Source of the DNA: Catajapyx aquilonaris | Taxonomy: Eukaryota | Direction: 5' to 3' | Length of the DNA: 49,585 nucleotides | Assembly: GCA_000934665.2 (NCBI GenBank) | Contig: KZ539341.1 | Location: 1 to 49,585 of the forward strand | Shown: positions 35,279-45,976 of the stretch, piece after piece | Layout of the letters: each line of letters begins with the position of its first letter | How positions within the stretch are numbered: the first letter of the stretch is position 1 | Notes under the pieces: model-generated | The model's input: the letters and a program-made list of their open reading frames with translations, nothing else | What the model was told of the DNA's origin: nothing | The model's database searches: none | Position numbers and translations under genes: made by a program

Positions 35279-35712
35279 CCGCAGGCACTTGTCACAGTGG
35301 AGGATTAGCTTTTCGCTTGAATTTTGCTACCGGTAATGTAACAGTAAAGTGAACTAGTATTTATTTACATTTTTTGATGGTAACCTCATATAGAACAACC
35401 TCATAAAATTAAGGTGCCACATCAGTAAATCTCTCGCCTGGTATGCGGTGTGAAGAACCATAATTATAGTCAGTATCGTGGTTGACATGTATGGTTGTCT
35501 CACAATAAGTCAGTTTAGTGGCAGGCAGATCCGGCGGCTGCGTTAGTGCAAATTCATGAAAAAGACAGCCTTGGATGGCACAATCCCGCCTTTTCATGTC
35601 ATCTCCAACTGTGATTGTTCGCAATGGCCCAGGGAAGCCCTTTGGCTTCACACCTAACCTCTATCTTGAGAAAACCTGGCGAAAACCTGTTGAAGCCTCT
35701 TGGTTTTCTTAC

Positions 35713-35988
35713 CTTCCTGAGTGCCTAGACCTAAGTAGCCTAGAAAGATGGCCTGAGGGGTTATTGATTCTGTTGAGCTCTGCAGTTGTTCTTTGATATT
35801 CCAGTCATCCTTGCCTCTGGTCCTCCTCTTATTCTTCTTGGTAGTTGGCTCGCCCCACTCCTCTCCTGATGAGCTTTCCTCACCAAGATCCATGTCTGAA
35901 TCTGAGAATAAGACCGTCTCTACCAGGATGGGCTTCAACTTCCGGGTGGAGCATGTTGGTCTCACCAATGGCTGAGTTCGCTGCGACT
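35713..35988 (-). CDS. Uncharacterised acidic/basic protein, exon B' (duplicated, phase 1-1, 276 nt)
   Basis: tgtctttcag acceptor and G|gtaaga donor. Open frame ESQRTQPLVRP...FSDSDMDLGEESSSGEEWGEPTTKKNKRRTRG...QAIFLGYLGLGTQE. Confidence 0.65.
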
Positions 35989-36293
35989 CTGAAAGACAAC
36001 ATGCAGTAACTTGCCAAAACCAGTTGATTCCAAGTAGCATAATTATAGTCAGTATGATGGTTGACATGTATGGTTGTCTCACAATAAGTCAGTTTAGTGG
36101 CAGGCAGATCCGGCGGCTGCATTTAGTGCAAATTCATGAAAAAGACAGCCTTGGATGGCACAATCCCGCCTTTTCATGTCATCTTCAACTGTGATTGTTC
36201 AGGCCCAGGGAATAAGCCTTTTGGCTTCACACACCTAACCTCTATCTTGAGAAAACCTGGCGAAAACTTGTTGAAGCCTCTTGGTTTTCTTAC

Positions 36294-36554
36294 CTTCCTT
36301 AGTGCGTAGACCTAAGTAGCCTAGAAAGATGGCCTGAGGGGTTGATTCTGTTGAGCTCTGCAGTTGTTCTTTGCTATTCCAGTCATTCTTGCCTCTGGTC
36401 CTCCTCTTATTCTTCTTGGTAGTTGGCTCGCCCCACTCATCCTCTCCTGATGAGCTGTCCCCATCAAGATCCATGTCTGAATCTGAGAATAAGACCGTCT
36501 CTACCAGGGTGGAGCGTCTTGGTCTCATCACCATAGGGTGAGTTCGCTGCAACT
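36294..36554 (-). CDS. Uncharacterised acidic/basic protein, exon B (phase 1-1, 261 nt)
   Basis: tgtctttcag acceptor and G|gtaaga donor. Open frame ELQRTHPMVMRPRRS...FSDSDMDLDGDSSSGEDEWGEPTTKKNKRRTRG...QAIFLGYLGLRTKE. Confidence 0.7.
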
Positions 36555-36619
36555 CTGAAAGACAACATGCAGTAACTTATTGCCAAAACCAGTTGATTCC
36601 ATAGTTCTCCTCTACCTAC

Positions 36620-36725
36620 CGAGGTCATTAGTGTTTTCCTTGCCATCCTCATTCCACTCCTCATCACTCGTCTCTGAATCAAAGCCTTGGTCAGAATCAC
36701 TGCTGGATGTTGGAAAATCTGCCAT
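36620..36725 (-). CDS. Uncharacterised acidic/basic protein, first coding exon
   Basis: Acceptor ttccacag at 36740, strong Kozak aaagccATGG, MADFPTSSSDSDQGFDSETSDEEWNEDGKENTNDL, G|gtaggt donor, 65-nt intron in phase with exon B. Confidence 0.7.
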
Positions 36726-37355
36726 GGCTTTGAAGTAACCTGTGGAACAAGCACATCCCATTAACACCTACTATTAATGTAGTAGTATAGAATACATTCA
36801 TACATAAGTATGAACGTATTCTATGTAATGGAGCAAGTGTATAAAGGTAAGTTATTAATTGCCATATTTTTGTAATGTCCCATAATGTAACTTTTGACCT
36901 CAAAATAGGGACAAGTGTGGATAAACTGTCTAAAAATGTGACTTGAAGACCTATTCATTCTGAAGCAAAATTTAAATTCAGCAAAGTAAAATATTTTGTC
37001 GATGAGACATTGATCTGAAACACCAAGAGTCAATGTCCTCCCACCCAGCATATTTGGAAACCTTAAAGAATCATGCTAAAGTCAGCTGAAGCTAAGTTTA
37101 CACTGGTTTCGGAGTTCAACAGCTGGGATGGAATTTTCGTCCTGCTGCTACAGTTACTGCTAAGTTAGCAGTACCATTGCTAGCACTGGTAGGCCCTACT
37201 GCTAAGTTATCAGTAACTAGCAGTGGGAAGAAAATTCCACCCCTGCTCTCCATGCCAGGGCATACTGGTACTAAGAGAGCTGGACAAACCAGAATATTTG
37301 CCTGCCTCACACATAATATCACATACACACATGATAATTATGTAGCTCTAAGGCC

Positions 37356-37567
37356 CCTAGTCTGGTGACCCCGGGTAAGCTTGCCCGCGGGCAATCACCA
37401 TGGCAACATATGTAAAAGGATAGCAGTACACAATATAATCTGGTGACCCCGGGTAGCTTATTACCCCCTGGGGTAACTGGTTGCTGGTTGTTTACTGCTA
37501 TCCTTTTACATATATGTTGCCGTGGTGATTGCCCGCGGGCAAGCTTACCCGGGGTCACCAGACTAGG
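37356..37567. mobile_element. Palindromic element with CTAGTCTGG termini (Academ-like MITE candidate)
   Basis: About 75-bp near-perfect arms CTAGTCTGGTGACCCCGGGTAAGCTTGCCCGCGGGCAATCAC. Superfamily assignment uncertain. Confidence 0.65.
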
Positions 37568-37967
37568 TAAAACTGGGGCTTAATCTACCACTAATGCTTG
37601 AAAAATTAAAAGTAAATTACTGAATGGTTTTTGCTCTCATTTTCAAATATGGAAAATGCAAAATTAGTGGATTTTAAAGCAGATTTTTCCAATTATATAA
37701 GCACAAAGATGCAAATTGATTTTCATTTTCTTAGTTCCATTGTAAAGGAACGTGGAATGGAATGTTGTGTGCTTTTGTGTGCCATATTTTGAAGCCTATT
37801 TTTATTAATTGACTTGGGTTGCTGACTACCTCTTTTGCAGGGAAATATAATGGCTTGTTTTGCTTTTAGGACCAGGGGTTGACCATTACTATAGTATAGA
37901 CTACTATATGTTGGAAGTGTCGGGTTTTGGAAAAAGGCGCCTCATATACAGTAGGCCCTATACTTAC

Positions 37968-38345
37968 CTATTAGGTACTCAAGAGCGTGGGGGACCAAAA
38001 TAAATGAAAAGTGCCCACAAGCCGCCTCTATTATAGCCAAAAAAAACTCAGAGCTCACTTCAAATGCTGCGGGGACCTACATAAAAATAATCGAACAGGA
38101 ATTGAAATAAATAAAAGGTAGCCAACAGTAGCCAATACGGTACAAAACCTATCCCCCAGATGGCAGCACCTCTCCGTGATGGTGGAGATCCAAGATGGCA
38201 GCCTGGTAACCGCCCCAAGCGAGGAGAGAACTTGGCATAGTTGAGAAGTACTGGATATCCAGGGATGTGTGCTACTTTCGGGACCGTTCGGGACTAATCC
38301 AACTGCCTGAGCCGATTCACAGTCCGGAACATATATCTATAATCA
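37968..38345. promoter_or_regulatory. Putative bidirectional promoter region (novel gene on minus, LARGE on plus)
   Basis: Minus-strand AG|GTAAGT donor at 37967 and plus-strand CA|GTAAGT donor at 38346 face outward. Between them lie CCAGATGGCAGCA (CTCF-like) and CAAGATGGCAGC (YY1-like) motifs. Confidence 0.5.
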
Positions 38346-39059
38346 GTAAGTGCTGGGAAGGGGAAGAAAAGGGAGGGATGCCCAGACTGGTTGCATCCCA
38401 AAAGAGGAGCAGGGTGACTGCATCTTGGGAGACTTTCGGTTGACGGAGTCTGTTGGCAGTAAGTGGCACACTGGCCTGTCACGAGATTTTTTTCAGGTTC
38501 AGGTTATAGAATTGTGCTAGTGTATAACCTCAAATCTCTTCCAGAAATCATGACATCTAAATTCATCATGAGAGTGAAGATTATTTGTTTGTTTTGGGCT
38601 CTAGTCTGGACAGCAGAGGTAACCTACATGTCGGGTAACTACCATGGGAATGTATTTAAAATGTTAGAAGCAAGCATGGTGAGATACCTCCACTGTCTCG
38701 ACTGGAGCATTATCAGACAAGTAATGGGATAGGGAGAACCATAGGTTCCCCCTGCTACTGTGTCCAGTGCCACTGGGAGTGTAATGTCAAAAGATGTAGG
38801 ACTGATATCATGGGCATACAGGAGAAATTCATCAAGTCCCATTTTGGCAGTTTTGAGTTATTTTCTCCACTAACATAAGTGGCATTTCTACTGCTCGATT
38901 GTATGGTGGTTCATTTGGTCCAAAAGATTCACAATGAACCAGGAAGCAGGATTTTCTGTATTCACTAGCATGTAAGCAAGTGCAAGATCAAATCCTTTGG
39001 ATTATCTCGAAACTGGCTTTTTAAGACAATGGATTTCTACTGCATATAACATCAATATG

Positions 39060-39800
39060 CACTAATTTACACTATATTTAAGGGGGATTTATAATATGGT
39101 AGTAGTCCATTATCATTGTGCAAAATGCTTGTCAATATATCCAGGCACCTTGCATCCAGTAGAGGGAAGTCCAGGTCCTGAATTGAATGAGAATGCATTT
39201 TAACACTACTGTAGATGCAACCAGGGAATAGTAATGATGTCGCAATTTCTCTCTCTGCCATTTCTTCAAATTCACTAACACTGCAACCTGCAAGCCTAAC
39301 CATAAGTCCTCATTCACTAAATCCGTTGAATATCAGAATCGTGAAGTTAGCTACAGAGTTGAAATTACCTTAACTATTAGCGGTCTTTGGTCTCCAAGAG
39401 AATGTGGAATTTTACATTAGGCTATAATAATAGCAATGTGAAGAAAATGATGCCATGGATTTGTTGCATACCAGTTAACATCGGGAACAGGTCATTACAG
39501 TTAGAGCAGGAGCTTCAAAATATGACTCAAGTTGAGCAACAGATAGCATTATTTTGTCTCCAGTGCTGTTGATTTATGGACCTTTCCAGTCTCTTCTGTT
39601 TCTTTGCCCTGGTGAGCAGGGGTTTCTCCTGAGCTCGCTGGCGTAGACACATGGCGTGTGCAAAATGCATATAAGTTGCCTTCGAGTCAAGTGCCAGAAA
39701 TTCTAACATCTTGTCTTCAGAGATCCTAACTCACAACCCGGCATCTTGATAATAGCACTAGTTGAGTCGTCTTCACTGCAACATCTTTCCTTTTCTGCTG
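39060..39800 (-). mobile_element. Highly degenerate hAT-like transposase remnant
   Basis: Minus-strand DSKATYMHFAHAMCL resembles the hAT A-x-Y-x-H-C-x-x-H motif. Fragmentary. Confidence 0.35.
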
Positions 39801-40425
39801 AAAGGTGTCATTGCAATGTGATACACAGATTAAGATTTGGTGAGTGAACATGTTAATGCGTGGAAGGGTGGCCGCCAAACATTGTAAAACTCAGTAATAT
39901 AGGCTACTTTTATTTGCCATTGTGTTCATAAATGGGGGAAGTGTGTGTCAGTGTCACTTAAGCACAAAGTCACCTTTATGTATTTTCTCCCTTTTATTCA
40001 ATAAACTTGAATTTTGATATGCATATACTGTCGATGGTTTTCTGTGAAGTCAACAACTACTTTTCAAAGTGGCCATATACTTTTGAGGAAAGGTTGTGTC
40101 AGATTCGCAATATTCATGGTTGCAATTTGTTTACTAAAACTACCACTGAATTAAATTGATGCTTGCTCTATATTATTTGTTGCAGTGATATTCCTTCAAA
40201 TATGGGAATACAATGGTTAGCAGTAAAGTGGTATTAACTTCATTATTGACAATTTTAAGAAACAATTTGTAAGTTTGTGTCACTGCCTGTGGCTGCTGCA
40301 ACAAGTGGCATGGTGAAAAAATGTGGAGATATATTCTGAATCAATATTATTATTTTCAGTTTGTCACTGACAACACTGACAATATCCTTGTCGTGATTCG
40401 TCGCCACCGCCGCCTCCATGGCCCT

Positions 40426-40519
40426 ATGCAGATGTTGGTTCGACGCTGGGTAGCTGCCTTCATTGGAGGCATCTTCTTTGGTGCCTGGCTTGTCTATTAT
40501 GTCCTCTCATATAACAATG
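40426..40519 (+). CDS. LARGE: Xylosyl- and glucuronyltransferase LARGE, first coding exon (type II TM anchor)
   Basis: MQMLVRRWVAAFIGGIFFGAWLVYYVLSYNN. Acceptor at 40359, G|gtaagg donor. Start codon choice uncertain. Confidence 0.75.
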
Positions 40520-40589
40520 GTAAGGAATGTGTCTGTTAAGACCATTATTTATATTGCTTTCAATGTTGATAAATAAACTAAAAAAGAAT

Positions 40590-40934
40590 GGGGGAGGTGT
40601 GGTGGCCGTGATGGTAACGTCACGGCTTGCTGTGTGAAAGGCCCCAGGTTCGATCCCCGCCTGGAGAACTTTCCTTTCACCTGCGTCAGGAGGGTCTCTG
40701 ACCTGCACCAAGGAGGTGTCTGGCAACCTAACCTCCTGGGGAACAGCACATGACCCGTTTTCAGACGTGCACCTTGCACTTATGTTCCCTCCCCAAAAAT
40801 CCCTATCCTTTCCCCATGTCCTTTCATCCTTGCACCGGAGTTGGGAGAAAAATTAGAAAATTGAAGGAGATGGTGGTATTACACCCCCCTATAAGGGCCC
40901 ATGGCCCTAGCACGGGGTAACGTTAAAAAAAAAC
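40590..40934 (+). mobile_element. tRNA-derived SINE, family S1 copy 3
   Basis: A-box TGGCCGTGATGG, B-box GGTTCGATCCC, 14-bp TSD AACTAAAAAAGAAT. Confidence 0.92.
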
Positions 40935-41020
40935 AACTAAAAAAGAATTAATTTAAAACTTGTGATAGTATTGTTAATTCATAAATCAGCTAATGGAGTT
41001 ATTATTAATTTTATTACAAG

Positions 41021-41268
41021 AAGTGGATCCTGACAACATCCTGGGCTTCACACGGCGCGAAGCAAAGCTGGCTGAGAGGGTTCGTGAGATGGAGGAGCAG
41101 AACCAGCTTTTGCGACATCAGCTTAGCATCTCACAAAATCAGTTAATGGCAGTTGTTGCTGACAAGAGTGCTGGAAATAACAATGGATCTGGTGCCTTTG
41201 CAGCATCAGCTGTTGTCAATTCCCACCATGGTGCAGTTGAGGATAAGAGGGAAAAGTGTGGAAAAGAG
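41021..41268 (+). CDS. LARGE: LARGE exon (coiled-coil stem)
   Basis: LAERVREMEEQNQLLRHQLSISQ matches the LARGE stem coiled coil. Phases consistent, GAG|gtgagg donor. Confidence 0.85.
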
Positions 41269-41698
41269 GTGAGGTCCAGGAGGTGGAAATGGGTGAACAG
41301 ATTTTCTGTTGCTTGGAATTGGGATTTATAAGTAAAACTGAAGGATTCACAGACATAACAATGGAGAAATGCATTGAATAAAGAGTTTGCTTGAAGTTGT
41401 GAGGGACATATGAAATGAGAAAAGAAATAAAGAATCCAGTATAACCCTCCAGGAACTTCCATAAAGATATCATGCATGCATGAAAATTGGAAATGATGTT
41501 TTTTAAATGTGTGAGGACAGGGTTTCAGCACAGGCTGAAGGACTACTGTAGTGCAGGGGCTGTGAACTTCTAAACTGTTTAGCCTTGAGCCTGACCACAG
41601 AATGTGGTGTTTTGAGGAATGGAAGTGGGAAAGTCACTGGAACTCCTTTTTTTGATGGGAATCATACTGGCTACCTGCTTGGAAACTTCAACATTATA

Positions 41699-42381
41699 CA
41701 GTGTGTCCCACTAGCTACTTTACCTGGCATTTCTTTAATGACTTTAACACTAATGAAGATATCCCAATGAAATTTGAACTGCACTAACCTTATTATGTGA
41801 GAGAGGAAGTGGCATCACAACATGTGCTGGAAATGGCCACCATTTGCATCCAGGCAGGCCTGAACATGACACTTCGTATTTTGAAAGGTCCTGGCCAGCA
41901 TGTCCTGAGGCACTGCCTGAATTTCTTGGATGTTTTCTTTCAAAGCATCGATGGATAGTGGTTTGTTTCGGTGCACATGCCACACATCACAAGTCAGCAT
42001 GGCTGAAATTGAGTCCTTTTTCAACGACCAAGTCATTTCGAAGGGACTTCGGCCACCATGGTCACCCGATCACTTCTTATGGGGCTATCTGAGAGGGCTA
42101 GTGTACCAAAACAAACCACAATCCATCGACGCCTTGAAATAAAACACAATCCAAGAAATTCAGGCAGTGCCTCAGGACATGCTGGCCAGGACCTTCCAAA
42201 ATATGGAGCATCGTGTTCAGGCCTGTCTCGATGTAAATGGTGGTCATCTCCAGCACATGTTGGGATTCAATTTCCTTTCTCACATAATAAAGTTAGTTAA
42301 GTTCAAATTTCATTGTGATATCTTCAATCGTGTTCAAGTTATTAAAGAAATGTTGGGTAAAGTAGCCAGTGGGGCACCCTG
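41699..42381. mobile_element. Fold-back Tc1/mariner derivative made of two inverted 3' ends
   Basis: TA-flanked. Both arms encode the transposase C-terminus (NKP.SIDALK...VPQDMLARTFQN...VQACLD.NGGH.QHML). PPWSPD..FLWGYL lies in the centre. Confidence 0.85.
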
Positions 42382-42825
42382 TAGTACAGGAATACCTTAC
42401 TGGTATGGTTTGGTTGCAGACCACCACTGTAAAGGGAATATCGCCATAAAGTGAATCATTGGGATTTTAAAACTTGATAGTGCATATAAAAGCTAAACAA
42501 TAGTTGGTGGTGGGAAGGAGGGGGAGAGATAGGGGAAGAGAGGAGGTTTTGGTCTTTGTCAGGCTACTATCCTATAAAGACCTGTCCAGTCAGTTTTGGA
42601 GGTTTTACCAGTAGCTAATCTACCGCCACTCTAGCCCCATCACCACTAGAAGGTGGAGATACAATTGAGGGTTGTAGTTTGTAAATTAGGGCTTTAGTTT
42701 CATAACGTGATTATCACAAAATTTGGTTTTCAGTACTTGATTCAGTATGCTTGGTGTTACTCGGTGCATGTTATGTAGCCTGAATGTAATTTTTATCTGA
42801 TACTAAACGTTTCTCACCTCTACAG

Positions 42826-43021
42826 GAACCAGGAGTGTCTAAGTGTGAAGTTGTCCACATCGCCATAGTGTGTGCAGGATACAACTCAAGTCGATCAGTA
42901 GTTACTCTCATAAAGTCCATTTTGTTTTATCGCAAGAACCCTCTTCACTTCCACCTGATCTCCGATTCAACGGCTCAAGTCATTTTGCAAACGCTATTCA
43001 ACACATGGAGTGTACCACAAG
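42826..43021 (+). CDS. LARGE: LARGE exon (start of GT8 xylosyltransferase domain)
   Basis: [42 protein letters not shown] with canonical splice sites. Confidence 0.95.
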
Positions 43022-43155
43022 GTAAAGAAAGGAATATGATCTGATAATTTTGTTATACAGTAGACTCTGATATAACAGACTTCAAGGGACCATGGAAATC
43101 AGTCTGTTATAACTGAGATGTTCGAGTCAATGCTAATGGAGAATTTCAATTTCAG

Positions 43156-43456
43156 TGGAGGTAAATTTTTACCTTGCTGACAACGTTGTGTCAGAAGTTT
43201 CATGGATTCCCAACAAGCATTACTCTGGAGTCTATGGTCTCATGAAGCTGACCCTGCCCCGGATTCTTCCAGACACACTGGAGCGGGTCATAGTGTTAGA
43301 CACTGATGTTATTTTTGCCACTGATGTGGCAGAACTCTGGCAAGCATTTGGCAAGTTGGGTCCTAAGCAAGCTATTGCATTGGTAGAGAATCAAAGTGAC
43401 TGGTATTTGGGAAAGCTGTGGAAGAATCATCGCCCATGGCCTGCTTTGGGAAGAGG
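43156..43456 (+). CDS. LARGE: LARGE exon (GT8, DxD motif)
   Basis: [18 protein letters not shown]...VIVLDTD...[25 protein letters not shown]. Confidence 0.96.
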
Positions 43457-43496
43457 GTGAGTTTTGAACATTGTGACATCTTGTGACTGACAACTT

Positions 43497-43794
43497 TTGA
43501 CGTGAATACGTCTATAAAATCGGATCAGTAACGAAAAAGCGTTACAGTCAGGGCCCTGCCAGGGGGTGCGTGAGCAAGGTCTACTATATCCGAGGTGGCG
43601 TGTGAGGGTTACAGTCAGGGCCCTGCCAGGGGTGACAAACTGACCATGCATGTGTCCAGACTTTAGGGTCACCATGTATGTGTCCAGACTTCAATACTGA
43701 TAATAAACAATCCATTAACTCCCCACAATACTTATCTGATTTTAAAGACTTATTCACGTCAAAAGCTGCTGTTTGTGTCCCCGACACAACCTAA
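43497..43794 (+). mobile_element. Helentron-associated (HINE-like) element copy 2
   Basis: Subterminal inverted repeats TTGACGTGAATA / TATTCACGTCAA and 3' hairpin TTGTGTC-CCC-GACACAA. Confidence 0.7.
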
Positions 43795-43800
43795 TATATA

Positions 43801-44213
43801 CAGGGTGGACCAACTTCAAGTGTCGTTTTATAACGGCTATTAATAGAAACACTTTACGATTGACGTAGCAGCGACGAGTAAAATGTCCCACTTCGGCGCC
43901 ATCGAAAATATTAGCTGCCAATATTAGCGTACTGTAAGGAACCTGCTGCAACGAGTGCAACCACATGGGGCACCAATGCCAATCCGGCAGTCTGCAAAGA
44001 AGGCATTTCACCCAGGCGCATCTCAGGTCATGTGTGCACCTACTTTTTTCCAGGTCAACCCAGCAGCAGGGTTGATTACATGTGTGCTGCTATTGGCAGC
44101 TAATATTTTCGATGGCGCCGAAGTGGGACATTTTACACGTCGCTGCTATGTCATCGCAAAATCACTGCTATTAATCGCCGTTATAAAACGACACTTGAAG
44201 TTCGTCCACCCTG
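43801..44213. mobile_element. Tc1/mariner-type MITE with long TIRs
   Basis: TA|CAGGGTGGACCAACTTCAAGTGTCGTTTTATAACGGC ... CACTTGAAGTTCGTCCACCCTG|TA, arms about 120 bp. Confidence 0.85.
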
Positions 44214-44219
44214 TATATA

Positions 44220-44715
44220 CGAGGTGTGATCGAAAAGTTCCCGGACTGTGTTCATAAAAACATTAATATTTATTTTAAGTCCTAATTTCCACTGCCACCT
44301 TCAAAGTAGTCACCTTGGGCACGTATACAACAATTCCAGGGAATTTCCCATTTTTGGAAGTACCAAAAAAAATTGGGCAACAGTAGTGTGTTCAACACCT
44401 GCTGCGATTTTGCTGAGATATCTCTTTAGTGGAGTCAAAATGCCTCCTTTTCTACCCAAATTTCATTTTAGGGAAGAGGTAGAAATCACGTAGGACAAAC
44501 GAATATGCAGGGTGTGGAACAGTGGTCATGTTGTTTTTTGGCAGGAAGTCCCTGCCTACGCGTGAGGTGTGTGCAGGCGGCATTGTCATGGTGCAGCAAC
44601 CAGTCTATGTTCTTCCACATCTCCGGTCATTTGAGCCTAAATCGTCTCAAACCATCGCAGTAATACTTGCCGTTGACAGTTTTACCAGGAGGGAGAAACT
44701 CCATATGCACAATTC
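44220..44715 (-). mobile_element. Degenerate mariner fragment
   Basis: TA|CGAGGTGTGATCGAAAAGTTCCCGGACT mariner-like terminus. The minus strand has an LLHHDNA-type relic near 44575-44600. Confidence 0.6.
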
Positions 44716-44716
44716 C

Positions 44717-44903
44717 GAGGGGACACAAGTGCAAGGTCTGTAAAGGGGTCATGTGCTGTTCCCCAGGAGGTTAGGTTGCCAGACACCTCCTTGGTGCAGG
44801 TCAGAGACCCTCCTGACGCAGGTGAAAGGAAAGTTCCCCAGGCGGGGATCGAACCTGGGGCCTTTCACACAGCAAGCCGAGACCACCTCACCACACCTCC
44901 CCC
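44717..44903 (-). mobile_element. SINE family S1 copy 4 (3'-truncated)
   Basis: Reverse complement of the S1 head and body (compare 40590-40790). Confidence 0.85.
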
Positions 44904-45168
44904 AATCGTATATATATATACGAGTGTATATATATATATATACACCAAAACGCGTCAGCTATGTAGCTGCACTGTGCAGCTACATAGCGTTTTGGTGTCG
45001 TCAGCCATTTTCATTCCAATATGGCGGCACAATATATGCACTTACCCCGGGTATGCACTTCCCCCACTTCACCTATATTTTTTACATTTACTCTTTTCCT
45101 GCTTGGTAAATTTTTATGATGTTAGGAATCTTCATTTTAGTTATTTCATGTTCTTGTCCCAACAATAG

Positions 45169-45418
45169 GTACAACACCGGTGTGATACTACTGAAACTGC
45201 AAAGACTGCGAGACCTTCGCTGGGCCCAGCTTTGGAGGATGATAGCTGAGAAAGATCTTTTGACCATGCTGGCCACCAGCCTTGCAGATCAAGACATCTT
45301 TAATGCAGTGATCAAGCAGCATCCTCATCTAGTCTACACCCTTCCTTGCCAGTGGAATGTACAACTCAGTGATAACACTAGGAGTGAGCTGTGCTACACT
45401 GAAGTTACCGATCTTAAG
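45169..45418 (+). CDS. LARGE: LARGE exon (GT8)
   Basis: YNTGVILL...[17 protein letters not shown]...[19 protein letters not shown]. Confidence 0.96.
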
Positions 45419-45976
45419 GTCAGTTAGTTGTAGTGAATTATGGTAGTTTATTTTGATGCTGTTGGATGTTCCCGTAGTATTATGTGATGCAGCCTATTAA
45501 AGAGGAACCAGGGAAAGACTGCGGGGATTAGGTGGGTTTTTCCAACTTTTCAGCCCCCCTCCCCAGTCCCTATGTTTACCATGAAGATAAGTAGAGTAGC
45601 CAGGTGGGGATGTTTTTTGCAACGTGGATATGGGGTATTCCGGGTTCCTTTTGCATCTGGCAACTCTGCTTCAAAACCCCAGAAAACCCATGCAGTATTT
45701 TCCTGGACAGCCTTTAGTATCAGCGATGGTGAGGTAATCATGTCAGTTACACATACAGGACACAGAGAAGATAGGGAATTAGTAGGACCTTTTTGAAATT
45801 GTAGTCTGCTCTCAGTGTACCTGCCATATTTATAGAACAGGTGGTGAGGCTAATGGTGTGAATCATCCCAAGACCTGTGTGTGTTGATCATTGAAAGTTC
45901 AGACATGTCTCTACCATGTGGTATATCTGTTCATACTGTTTGTGAGATAAATTATTATTGAACACTCCTCGTATCA

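Larger units (their letters stand above)
35460..36600. repeat. Tandem segmental duplication (about 575-bp unit x2) spanning one exon plus intron flanks
   Basis: About 35460-36031 and 36040-36600 are highly similar along their length. Confidence 0.92.

Noticed and set aside
35866..36453. Hammerhead ribozyme cores (CTGATGAG twice)
   Set aside because: No stem II plus GAAA follows. The sequence is the antisense of SSSG codons in the duplicated exon.
40590..40665. tRNA genes (also at 4821, 9790, 10124, 20840, 26460, 28969, 44840)
   Set aside because: A/B boxes are present, but they run into conserved SINE bodies, often with tails and TSDs, and give no clean cloverleaf.
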